Notes under the pieces: generated by a model
The model's input: the letters and a program-made list of their open reading frames with translations, nothing else
The model's database searches: none
What the model was told of the DNA's origin: nothing
Shown here: one piece after another, positions 51,700 through 64,000 of the stretch
How positions within the stretch are numbered: the stretch's first letter is position 1
How the letters are laid out: each line of letters starts with the position of its first letter
NCBI RefSeq assembly: GCF_964204645.1
Contig: NC_134028.1
Coordinates: 23,246,345 to 23,310,344, forward strand
Length of the DNA: 64,000 nt
DNA from: Tubulanus polymorphus
Taxonomy: Eukaryota; Animalia; Nemertea
Direction of reading: 5' to 3'
Made by a program: the position numbers and the translations under genes

Positions 51700-52694
51700 G
51701 AAATTGTATGACGGATTGTATTGCTTGACGGATAATTCAGTAATACGCCGCTGACAGAGTCATTTAGTGACGGCGCATTTATATTGTTTATGGCTTCAAT
51801 CACGAGGAAATGTCGTTTAATGAAATATACTTTTAAACTGTGCTCCATTATCAATTGTCTCTATATTCGTCATCTCTCTAAGTCTTCGTCGATGTGAAAA
51901 AGTGTCAAACTTGTTGAGCAGAATGAAATTTATGCTCACAATTTCATAATGTGAAGTTACTCATCGAAATTGCTTCTTCCAAGTTATTATGAAATTACAG
52001 ATTAACGACTCTTTAAAGACTTAAAGTTCATGATAAGGATGTTAGCTTTAATAAAACCCAAATTATCAATGTTCCCAGCGCATCATCGGATGATTCATTC
52101 TTAAATGAAAAAATAAATGCTTCATCAAAAAATTAATGTTTATTCCAGATCCGAACCTGAGATTTCTCAAGGATAAATCCAAACTGAAAACGGCAATTCC
52201 ACCCTTGAATAAGACGGCAAAGGGCAAGAGTTATTTATCGTAGCCCGATGAGCGCAGCCCTTTTTGTCAATACGGCGCAGAATAAGTGCAATTGTCGATA
52301 AGAAACTACTAGGCCTTTGTTCTAAAATCGCATATGGACGAAGCTTCGAAAAAAACCTAGAAAACCACAACGTCGACGACTGGACGAATTCTTAAAACCG
52401 GCATCTCTTCCAACGTTGCCTCTCATCTGACTGTTTCCATGGTATCGGTTTGAACGGAGGAATTTAAGTAGAACATGATGAATTACGAACGAGACACTGC
52501 AGCCGGCGGCGGTCGCGTTTTCACCGGACAACACGACAAACAGATTTTTTTGCCACAATTCGATATCTCCTTCACCTCAGTCCCCAAAGTGATAGTGGTA
52601 TCCGTAGTGCACTACGATGCACCTTTTGTGCCAAACTCGATCGTATATACTGGTGACTCTAAGGATCTTTTTAATGAAGGGAGAAGGGGAAGGA

Positions 52695-52790
52695 ATAAGC
52701 CCTCCCCGGGCTGGGATTCGAACCTGATAGGCATCGCTAAACCGTCAGGTTTGCCGGTGTCAGAGAATCAGATGTATGCCTCCACAATAA
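52695..52790 (-). mobile_element. Possible tRNA-derived SINE remnant
   Basis: B-box GGTTCGAATCCC on the minus strand (~52713-52724). T-stem imperfect; boundaries approximate. Confidence 0.35.
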
Positions 52791-54020
52791 TAGATTGACG
52801 GATGCAGAGTCATGGGGCTACTGATTCTAACCCTAAATCCTGAGATCTATTGTGGGGCTTGAATATAAGGGGACGCATTTCATTCTATGACACTGGTGCC
52901 AATCAGATTGCCCGTTGTGTAATCGTTGAGCCAAATTTCTCGGATGAACAATGAATAGAAAAACCCGGGCTAAAATACAACGAGATTTCTGATTGGCTTT
53001 TAATGGCATCATCTTAGCTGCGCACTCAGTCTTTCGTCACGTGCCGAGAGAGGATGAGGGGAATAAATGTGTTTTAGAAATTGTAACCTGGCTTAAAAGG
53101 TTTTGGGCCCCAGTGCTACATATTGGCTACGCTTCTTACTTACAATATTTTCGTGATACGCGTCTAGTCATTGTATACCCGACGTGAAAAAAAATCGAAT
53201 CTGAAGGAGTTTTTAAACACGATAGACAAAACGCTTCGCGAGTTAACGGATAGCAGACTCGCAGAAGATGAAATTGAATTTTATGAATAGCTCGCAGGTA
53301 TTTTTTTCCAGCATCGCGAGGTAATTTGAATACGGATCGGTTTTCGGATGACCACCCAGGTATGATTTCGTTCCCAGGTATACAAACGTCAAGCTGGCGC
53401 AAACAATGCGTAAGGTGACTGTGGATGATATTCCAGAATCGGAACTGTAAACAATACGTAATCTGTATTAGCAACAAGGCAAACCTAGCCAACAGAATTC
53501 AAATTAACGATAAATAATTAGTTTAGAGCTATCACAGAGCTAGGCAGAATTTGATTTGATTAGAGAGAGGGAGTTGTTGACAATTTCAAATAAAATTGTT
53601 TTGAAAAACAACCCAGCTATCATGACAAGAAAATCGAGTGAAATTATAAGTCTATTTACGCGTCGTATCCAAAACGAGACGGCAGTTAAATGTCACCATT
53701 AGCCCAAGGTCTCGGAACCTCACTCATTCTCAATCAACATACAAGTCAACCAGTATTTTCAGAAAGCTAGACTCTCATTAGCCTCCGTTGAGAGACAGAC
53801 AAAACCATTTCAACGTCTCGTAAACAAAACAGAAAGAACATCCAGTACACGGCTTTTAAGTACACCGAAGAATGGAAGAAACAGTTCCCCATAAGCGTCT
53901 TGTTGAATCACGAAATAGAAACGATGGTTTAATTCTATGAATGAGTTCTTCAGGAAACAAGAACTTCGGTGGTTTTTGAGATTTCCAACAACTGATAATA
54001 AAACTGCAGGAACCCTAAAC

Positions 54021-54357
54021 TAGGCCTGTACCGAACTTTTTGGGTGGCAGTTCTATTTCAAGAAAAATGACACTTTTTCACCGTGAAAAGGGGCACTTTT
54101 CTATTGAAAAAGGACAGATCTTAGATTTCGCTTTGGTCTCTTGATTCATGTCCAATAATCAGCGATAACATATCTATAAGTAATTGAACACTTGCGGAGT
54201 GATTTAACAATCAAGGTTGACCCTTTACGGTTGACCATTTTCCCAAATAGAATTGTATCCAAATTTCTAATAATCTTGACCCGAATTTTTTCACACTAAC
54301 TTTTCAAAGGGCACTTTGAAAAGTTTAGGGGTTTCGTTCGCTACCCCCGACGCCCTG
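54021..54357 (+). mobile_element. Interspersed ~330-bp repeat, MITE-like, copy 1
   Basis: Shares TTCTATTTCAAGAAA, ACTTTTTCACCGTGAA and CAGATCTTA in the same order with 63391-63710, plus a similar AAAGGG...GCTRCCCCC right end. Boundaries approximate. Confidence 0.65.
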
Positions 54358-56862
54358 CAAGTTATTACACAACGCACTGACAGGTAGGGAAATCATCATC
54401 TAAAGTTTGTACGCCTGCAGTATTGTTTAAAAGCGTCATATCGTACGTCAGAGGGCCGTAGTGATTTTCTACTTCAGTCAGCAGCTGCGCTTGACGGCCA
54501 TAATGACGCGCTCAGAATATCGAAGTTACAGTTTCAAGAACTGGTCACCCGTCATTTCAAACATAATTATCACACAGCACCGCGCGGGCAACACAACAAC
54601 ATCCGAATGGTAACGTAACTTCCGTTGTTAGCGACCTGTAACCTATCCTTAAAAATCAGAGGGAAGCGTCGTCATAATTAGCCTAATGGAGTCAGTCGCC
54701 TTCATCAATGCACTCACATAATGAGCACGGGACATAAGATATATTTTCAATCAGTATGCAGGAATATAAGCCTCTAGTGATCGCATTAGCGTTCCTGTCT
54801 TAAAAACGAACGCGCGGAAGTTGACTGCTCCCAGTAGGTCCTCGGTCCATTCGCGCACCTGATCGCATATTACATATCTGAGTGAAGCAAAAACACCAAT
54901 TACGAAAATCCACCAAGCGCCAAGTCGAGTATTCGCAAAAAGAGGCATTCTTTCTTCGATCGTCAAGGCTTTTCCAGAAGTTTGTTTCCCATCACTCCGA
55001 TCAAGAGCTTCATGTATACACGCAGTCATAAGTTTTCGTTGCTGAAGTTTTGTTACGAAATATTCAGGGAAGGTGCATAAATTGTATGGTAGAGATTGTT
55101 CCGCGTTCAGTCGGAACGCGCTTCGATATTTTTCTTACGAAAAGAAACTATCGTTTTCTCTCGTCGGTTTACTAAGTGGAATCTTCGATTAGTTAGTATT
55201 ATTACTTCTGTAACAATAGCGCTGGTATTCTAGACCCGAATCGCGAACAACACTGGCGAATATCAGATCTTTTTTTCCATTCCATCGCATCCATATCTCT
55301 TAATAAATATTGTTCGCTGTTTACAGAAAACACGGCAGTTCGAGTTGGATTTTTAATCGGTCGAACGCGCGCACCTTCGGAATTCCATCGGGAAGTATAT
55401 AATTGAGCTTTCGGAATTCTCTTACAACGAGCTTTACGTAATGTTTGTGTTCGCTGCGCGCGTATCAATAGGTTACTGTGTGAAATGTGAATATAATCCG
55501 GCGTTATCTGCTCAACACACATTTCTCTCTACGAGCGATCTAAAAAAAAATATACAAGACACTTTTCTTTTCGGCTAATCAGTCGCGCCTGGAGTTCGGT
55601 TACCAGAAATTTGTAGAAACCGACCGGAACCGAAGACACTGAAAACCAACGAATATCGAATGAGTTGACGGTTGATGTTTTCGTTCGTTCGTTCGTGCGC
55701 AAACAAAATTCCCATCTGAAATATCTTTTTGTAACGATAAGATCCCACGATACAAAAGAAATAACGATAAGGCCTAAAAGTTGAACCGGTCGTCGGCCGC
55801 CTATCTACCCGACATTAATTGAAACAAAATCATGATCAGGCTAGTCATTACAGATTCGGTAACTAGAGAAATGAATTGTAATGCAGTTTACAAAAGAAAG
55901 TGACCGGGCCGATTAGGAGAAATAAAGTATCAGTTTTTTTCTTGAGCTAGTCGTTCATGTCGAAGTTTCTACGCGTATCCTAGCATTCAACTTCAGGAAT
56001 ACTAAATTTCTAACAAAATAATGAAATATATATATATACAGTCCAGAGAATAAAGAGAATAAAGAGGATAATCTTTAGAGAGAATGATTTTGTTGTAACT
56101 TAAGTATTTCAGATTGGTTTTCCTTTTCTATCGTGTAATTTCTTATCGTGTATCGTTACTACGCGATTTTTCCAAAATCCTATCATCAGAGTGACGATAA
56201 ACAATGCCAATCATCTTTAGAACTTTCATGCAAAATATAAACATTTTTTTCTATTAGAAAATAAATAAGATTTTTCATCGATTGTTTGATTTTTATTTCA
56301 CCAATTTAGCTGTATCTGCTGTCGGATATTTGACACGCGGCCAAAATCTATCTATTTTCGCGATATTAAAATTTTCTATGAATCAAACATATCTCAAATA
56401 ATGCTTATCAAAAATTCTCGCTGCTTCGCGCTGACAATCTACATGAAATCATAAAGTGCTAATTACATTGATTTAGATCTAGAACGCCAGACTTGACAAG
56501 ACCCTAATTTCCCGTTGTTCAAAGGCTGACGACGTCATTGAGCCTTCCTCGGCACATAATTTCCGTATCTCAGCTGGAACTTCTCAACGAATCTTTAGTC
56601 TCTCGTCGAATTCTGAATCTCGAGATATTACTGATACAGACGCCGAAATTATGAGCGGTAATCATTTCTTTCCTGTCTCTAAATTCCTGTTTTTCATTAC
56701 CAACAAATTCTTCAAACTGAACGGGATTGAAAATGTCATTTTCAGTGATGTATACTCACCACTAGTTTGTATCACTCCTAATTTTGCTGTAACTTAAGTA
56801 TTCCTGAAGAAGATGACTAGGATAAAGTCTAACGAAATGTTGAAATAAACTTTAGCGCTGAA

Positions 56863-57162
56863 GGAAACCGTACCGCCAATTTCCCCTTCCCTCAACCATT
56901 TTCGCTGCAGCGCGCGGTCATCCCCCACCCCTGGCAAAATATAATAAGCATGATTTATCACTGGTTTCTGTTGACATCATTTATGAAAAGGATTGTAGAT
57001 CATTTATACAATACACTACAGTTTAGAAATACAATTAAGCTCGTAGGGTTAGGATTAGGAGTAAAGGAACTAGGTTCGGGTTCAAATGAATTTTTTTTCA
57101 GGAGGGAAAATGAAAATGTCCGGGTGTTGGAGGGAAATGGGTGAGGGAACATGACCTGGTTC
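56863..57162. mobile_element. Degenerate non-autonomous element with subterminal inverted repeats and a TAGGGTTAGG-like tract
   Basis: TTCCCTCAACCATTTT (~56887) vs GAAATGGGTGAGGGAA (~57134), 14/16 as an inverted repeat. Internal TAGGGTTAGGATTAGG. Confidence 0.4.
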
Positions 57163-60100
57163 ATTACGTCGCGCTATGTAACAACTCGAAATGGAAATTT
57201 AGAATGCAGAAACTATATAAGAATCGCGAAGGTTATCGCTGAGCTTGAATTGATGTAAAATCCATTTAGCGACTTAAAAGGACTTGAAGACGACAGACAA
57301 TCAAATCAATTACACGTAGGTAACAGTGAAATATGTGTCTACTCCAGATTCCATTTCCATAAACATATCATAACTATGAATATAGATGGACAGCAACTTT
57401 ACAGAGAGACACTTCTGGAATGAAGCGAAACTTCAATATATTCGCATTACGCGGAGCTGCGACGGGATAAGATGATTGCCAATATTAACTGTATTTCACC
57501 GACGAATAATGGAACAATCTTGTAAACTGTTCGCGGTAACTCAGCCATATGTGACGCGGTAATCTGGCCCCTCGTGCACCCTAACCATCCCCTAACAACC
57601 GCGCGTCATTGCTGGAAATAGCCATTTCAGACGCTATCATCATCCCGAATCCCGAGTCAACATTTCACGCTGCCATCATTATCGGCTTGTCTCAGACACT
57701 TGTGAATTCGTCTTTTATTGCGATTAGATTTGATGAAACATATTTCGATTTATAACGGGGTCACAGACCGGTTAGATATTTCATTCGCACAGCAATAACG
57801 TTCGTTGTTTATGAATATGTCGCACGTGGAATGAAATGATTCTATTCAAAATAAGACGATACAATATGATATAATAATGTGAAAAAAAAGTCCGAACGCT
57901 TCAATTTAATATGAATAATATGAATAATTAATTTAAAATAAATAATTTTCTATAATAATATATATATTTCATAATTTTCTAGTAACCTTACTAATGCTTG
58001 ATATGATAAGTATGAGTCGAAAATAAGTCATTAGCTAAAGGAAACTTTTTCGGACACTTTTTTTCCTTTTTTTTAGTGTAGGATTTCTTCGTTAAAACAA
58101 AGCATGTTTCACCGATGGTTAACAATACATAATATGTATTATGCATATATTTGTATTGTGTCCTGTGTCAGGATCAATTACTGAAGGTGTATATGAATAC
58201 GACTCGAGATGCAATATAGGCTATGAATAAAACGTCGGATAAAAAAGCTTCTCTTAATGCGTTTTCCCTGTAATCACTTCGGGCGCGCCACAAACCGTCT
58301 TTCAGGTTAAATAACAATCCCCGCATAAAAAGAAAATCAAATCGAAAATAACGAAAGTAAAGTTAGCGAAAAAATTAGTTATAATCACAGAATACGGTGG
58401 AATAACACCAGAATAACACCAGAGAGCAGGGAACTGCCAACGCTACTGTGGCAATAGAGGATTTCGCGTATGGCAAGCGAGGATCCGCCAGGTTCGCTAG
58501 TAGTTACACGTTCTTACGCATCCAATTTCTTCTACATTTCAGTTGAAATCGAATGCACCTATCTCATAAATAAAACGATTATTAATGAAAACAAATACCA
58601 AACAGTGAGAAGATGAATCGATTCAATGTATAGATATTAGGCGTGTCTTGATTCGGGAGCCTAAAAACCTCGTTCAAACTTGATTGAAACGCCAATATCG
58701 ATGACGTGGTGCACATCGACTCGACTAACGCGTATATAGCAGTTATCGATACGTATATATAGAAACGCTTGTCACGGCGTCAAAAAAAACTCACTTGAAT
58801 TAACTACCAGTCTGCGTTTGATGATGGATTGAATTATTTTTTCTTTGCAAACGACGTTCGATCGGATTATGGCGAATGTCGATATAAATGTAATTAATAG
58901 ATGCTGTAACATGTGGGCTCAGATTCCGTGTATATACATATACATACATACACAGATATAAGCATAAAGCCAAACGTAACTGAGTGCTAATAACATTTAT
59001 ATCATATAATACTGATAATCGATTTGAACGTAGAATGCAAGCTAATGGAATTTATAGACGGAAATTTAAGGTACACTCCACCCTTATTGCCTTTTATATG
59101 TAACGACGAATGATCTTGATCAATTGCGGAGTCCAGCGGCGGTCCCCGCGGTGACAAGCTCAAATCAGTGTTTACTATCTGTAATGTGGCGATTGAACGA
59201 CGCGAAGTCCGGGCCGCTTGGGAGCCGTATATCTCGACTAACGCAGTCAAAACAAGGCGTAAATCATAACCACAGTAACTTTCCCAGTTTATATCCGACT
59301 CGATATACCCTATGAATAGAACATACTTGACTCAAGAATTCATTTTTCAGCCATTTTACGTCTAAAGGAACTAAACCTTTCTGACTGTTTTCAAGGATGA
59401 ATTATGAACTTTACGAAGTGTCCGGGCCGCATCGCGATGATGAACTACCCGATACTCCGAACAAACTGTAGTTGATGTACCTTGTCTTACTACGTGTTGG
59501 AATGCAATGACTCAACGCCCGATGACCCCGCATATACGCAATGTAACATTCAACTTGATTTCCCAAGAGATTCCCAACGGTCAACTAAAGTAAGCTTTCT
59601 TGCACCTTCTCGCATCTTATGTATATACAAGATGATTAATATATGTAAGGATTTTATGAAGGGGCAAGGGGAACTATATGCCATATTTAGTATCCGACGA
59701 GCGCCGAAGACAAACAAGCATTTCTGAATCCTTTGAATTGCTCGAATGTTCTTGAATAGTTTTAATTTCTGAAACTTGAAGTTGGAGAGGAGCATTTTCT
59801 GAACCTTTTGAGGTCAAATATTCGTGAAATTTTCGGAATGTGAAAATCAAAATTCGGAATTTAGAAATGTGGAACTTGGATTCAAAAAGGGATCTTCCGC
59901 ACCCCCGACAGGGCCCCCTCTGGTGACGCCCCTGCAGAATTCAGCATTTATGATGTCCCGAACGTCAGTTCGGCGCAACTCAAATTTTCCTCTCGATGTT
60001 AAATTCCGCAGTTGAATAACGGTGATGTAAGTAATGACGTCATGTGTGTATTGCACACGAGCTGAGCTCTCTCACAACTCTCTCTCTCTCAGAATACGTA

Positions 60101-61056
60101 CTTCAATATAATATGCACATCTTACATAAGTTACCGCAAACTACAGCTGATATTGACAAAATAGTGATTAGTTAACTGCATCCTTACACACCTACACCTT
60201 GACCTTACAGTAATCATTCCAGAATGATTACACCGAGACCCAACCCCGGCGTAAGGAAGCAACGCACATTAACGCACACTAATTGTGCCATTTTGAATGT
60301 GAAAATCTTCATTTTCGCACAAAATCTATACCCAATACCTATTGAACATTCAAAACAGTGCTCTCAGTATTAACTAGCAACTAGATCGAAAAACAGATAC
60401 TAAGGAAGAAAAAAGAGTCATGTATCGTATGATGAAATACTCCTTAAGATGACTATTAAACTCACTGACTCAAGGAAACCTTTCAGGCCCAATTTTCCGG
60501 GATTTTACTGATCCTTACACCGTAGACTCCGAGTTTGTCCCCGATACTTATCCAGAAGTATTCTCTTAAAGATATTGCCCCCTCAATCTTTCCTGGCTTC
60601 AACTATGAGGGAGAAGATTACCATTGAGCTGAAAATCAAGTCAGTCAGACGAACGAGCGAACGGTAAACTGTTTTTCACAGCTGGGGTCCTGATTGAATT
60701 AAGAGTCTGAATAACACCCCAGAACAGATCGCATATGTTTCCTCATTGAACATATTCGAGAAATACCTGCCGTTAATTACCTGTAAACATTATAATGAAA
60801 CAATAGAAGCCTGCAGACTGATTACAACATTCCATCTTTAATAGTAAACAACAGATAACCGCGGATTATCTGCGATCAGGTGGATATATCTATATCGCAA
60901 GGTCTGCAATGATACACGTATCAGTTTAGGGAGGAAGCGAAGTAAACATCCCGACAGGATACCCGACACTTGGCGAAAAACTACGCCCAACAAAGGAGCT
61001 GCGGCAAGCGTGTTTGAATAATGAGATAATAATTTTGAAACATACTTTGACCGTAT

Positions 61057-61322
61057 TGAGAATACGTAGTATTCACAATTTACATTTCTACACTTCCCAC
61101 AATTCACCCCGCCCGGTATGACGTCACGAGTAACTGGTCATGCTCGGGGGTGAATCAGCCGTCTGGCCGAGCGGGTTATCTTCGGTTTCTAAAGTTAGGT
61201 CTGGTTGGGTTAGGTTTACACACACCCATAAAACTAGAAATCCATGAATTACTATTATGATTTACTATCAACTTTTGTCATATTGGGATTTATCTTTTCT
61301 GTTTATTTCCAACCCGTTACCC
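61057..61322 (-). mobile_element. Non-autonomous interspersed repeat, Helentron/HINE-like, copy 2 (inverted relative to copy 1)
   Basis: Reverse complement of 8533-8823. Terminal hairpin GAATAC-GTA-GTATTC at 61060-61074. Confidence 0.75.
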
Positions 61323-63390
61323 AGTGCGTCAAACGTGCTCGAACTTGTGAAGGACCTTAACAAGTAGCGCCAAAGAACACGGTCTCTCTTCAGATGCGAT
61401 CTTTAGAAGAACGACCATTTCGATATCATAGAGGCGGCTTCACACAACATAAGCATGATAAACGTAAAGTTGCTATAATTGAAGACATACATTACTGATT
61501 GTTATAAGGAAAAAAAGTTCCCGCGGTATCAATAATCGCTCAGTAAGTGCTGCCAGGTACCTTACACTGAAGAATGAGACGTATCGATTTTGTAATCAAT
61601 CAACGCTTTCGGAAAGTGATCTCCTGAATAGACTGCGGTCATTAATAAAAAAATTTAAGAGCAACACAACGTTATGACAATTGTGTATCAATCATGGCAG
61701 CTGAACGGTGTTTCTTTAAAGCCATTAGCCAGCCAACAAATTATACGCATACCGACTAGCGTGGATATTAATTCACGCGTTGGATATTGCGTGTTAACCT
61801 GCGTTAGGCACGGTCTGAAATCCGTGACGCATACCCAGTCACGTAAACTAGACCGTCGTACGTATAAACCACTCGTTACAAGGCAGTCTACGAAACGAAA
61901 CATGCGAAAGTCAGTTTTTGAAGCTGTTGTAAGATTTTTTATCATATATACATGTCATGGAATCAGTCACAGAATTGGTTTTGTTTTGGGTGTTCGTCTA
62001 CTGTTCAATTACTTTTTGCGACAGCGACTCGGCAGGAGATGGGAACAACTATCATATAGTTAGCCTTGATTCCGTCTGTCAGCGAAAAGCCTTAACCTCA
62101 CTCTCGGTCTTGACCAACACCACCACCTGGCGGGTTGACTGACTGATAAAGAAAATATCAACTGCTGAAACCACGACGCCCCAGAGTTCCGGAATGATCA
62201 ATACTATTTTAGATTTCACAATCACAGAACTACTCAAATATCGAATAATTTGAATACTGTTATGCATCAATATGTGCTAATCTTGAAATGTTATGCAAAT
62301 AATTCCAAAACAAATCAATTTGTCGCGGAAGATTTCTCCTAGGAATTAATCGTGTTTGCTATTCATCCAACTAGCAACAGAATGACCCTAAAATCAGTGC
62401 AGAACCGAAGCATTACGTAGATGCGTCGAAATGTTTGAAGACGCCTCGGAGAACATCGATCTTACGACACGCAGCAGATAGGTTCCACGTTTCAAAATAA
62501 ATGCCGCAAAAAAAACCGATCGAAGAGGCTCAACGTCTTGAAATGAGAAGATTTCTCGATAAAAACAAAGTACCGCGCGTCAATAATGACGGGATAAACA
62601 ACGGAGGCAGAATAGACTAGATTCAATGAAATGGAAATAAGCATCGAACACTCGATGAATGCAAGGTCTGATACGGTTGTTTGTTTGGGTGTGGTCAGCA
62701 ACATACCAGCACACGCGCTTTCTCTCTCCCGAGTCCTCCCACATCAGCGCGTTTCAATAGTGACAAATATCAACATTCAGAATCGATGGCACAACCAGAA
62801 TCTTAGTTTGTGGCATCGATTCATATCTGTGCGGAGTGTACCCGCGCGCCCGCTGTATAATCAACTGCGAATCGAGGTTCGAAGATATGGCTTCGAGCGA
62901 AATTAATTGCTCCTCTCTCTCTCTTCTCTCCTGAACGACCGAGGAATGAATGACAAGCCACAATTAACACAGCTCTCGGGTCAACATGTCATCGTATGGC
63001 GCCCGGAACATCTTGCATACACTCAGGTGAAATGTAAATATCAATATGCATACATTCAATATTTCCGTATGTCTCAGTAACGAGGGATTTGATGGCGTAT
63101 TACATTACCGAGTTCTTCCTCTGCAACCGGGTACAATTTACATGAATCATTAACAGCAGAAGCAAATCGCAATTGAAGTCAGAGAATGTCTCGAACTCCC
63201 AACGGAGCTGACATTTCTTTGATCAAACAGATATACCTGCCTCACGGAGGGGGGGACATAACCCATGAATTATGAAATTAAAGCGTATTCGCATTTGCTG
63301 CGAACGATGTGAAAATGGAACGTCAATGAATGGTTGAGACGATTTGTAGAACGTAGCATGGAACATATTGATGACAAAATTAATCCGCAT

Positions 63391-63710
63391 GCAGGCTGAG
63401 CTTTTTTGATTGGCAATTCTATTTCAAGAAAGAGGTAACTTTTTCACCGTGAAGAAGGCACTTTCCTTCGAAAAGGCCAGATCTTAAACCTGTGATGAGA
63501 ATGATTTTTTTGATACCCTAAACTTAAAACAGCGTCTCGTTCATAATCTTCATGATTAAGTTGTTTTAGGTTTTAAGATTGCTTCTAATTTTCGCAAAAT
63601 ATCGAAAAATATCCAGATATCGAAAAAACATGACCCGGATATTTTTACACAGGCTTTTTAAAGGGAGCTTTTAGTTGGTCCGTTTAGCTGCCCCCTTACA
63701 ACCGCCGGAG
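63391..63710 (+). mobile_element. Interspersed ~320-bp repeat, MITE-like, copy 2
   Basis: Same-orientation similarity to 54021-54357. Confidence 0.65.
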
Positions 63711-63725
63711 TAGAACTACCAAATA

Positions 63726-63887
63726 CAGTAGAACCTCGTTACAAAGAACTTCAGAGGGATCAAAAAATCTGTTATAACCGAAAGTTAGTTACATCCAGTA
63801 TGAAATTATTGATTTTGGGATAAAATTCTAGATTTGTAAGAACTGATAAATCGTGACCTGCGAGGTCGTTATAACGAAGTTCCCCTG
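63726..63887. mobile_element. Tc1/mariner (pogo/Tigger-like) MITE, 162 bp
   Basis: TA|CAGTAGAACCTCGTTACAAAGA ... TCGTTATAACGAAGTTCCCCTG|TA: imperfect ~22-bp terminal inverted repeats flanked by TA. Confidence 0.75.
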
Positions 63888-64000
63888 TATCAAGACAGTG
63901 ACATCGAGTTTTCGTTTCTCAGTAAGGACTGATTTGACTCCATTTGCACCGAAGCCGCGCGGAGAAACATAATTCCGTTGCGCAGTAATTTTTTTGGTAC

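Noticed and set aside
52695-52790. Functional tRNA gene (also ~27640 and ~8960)
   Set aside because: B-box-like sequence only; no acceptor stem or full cloverleaf could be folded.

Overview
Eukaryotic genomic DNA: AT-rich, intron-dominated, CpG not visibly depleted, probably an invertebrate bilaterian and plausibly a spiralian (inference). The whole window appears to lie inside one minus-strand gene, a T-type voltage-gated calcium channel alpha1 subunit (Cav3, CACNA1G/H/I ortholog). I joined 11 exon positions (46478 down to 184) into one open frame of 2509 nt. It runs from IS1 through domain I, the I-II linker (gating brake, APRASPE) and IIS1-IIS5 to the domain II turret. The N-terminal exon and everything after the DII turret are outside the window. 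Main finding: the 93-nt exon for the domain I selectivity filter occurs as two tandem, splice-intact copies 65 nt apart. One encodes canonical VISLEGW and the other VISLGGW, which would allow splicing to switch the Cav3 filter from EEDD to GEDD. Also present: a U12-type AT-AC acceptor, a three-cysteine (exon 12a-like) basic turret exon flanked by Rbfox motifs, several MITE/Helentron-like repeats, a ~390-nt foldback, palindromes and microsatellites. Most ORFs in the supplied track are intronic noise.
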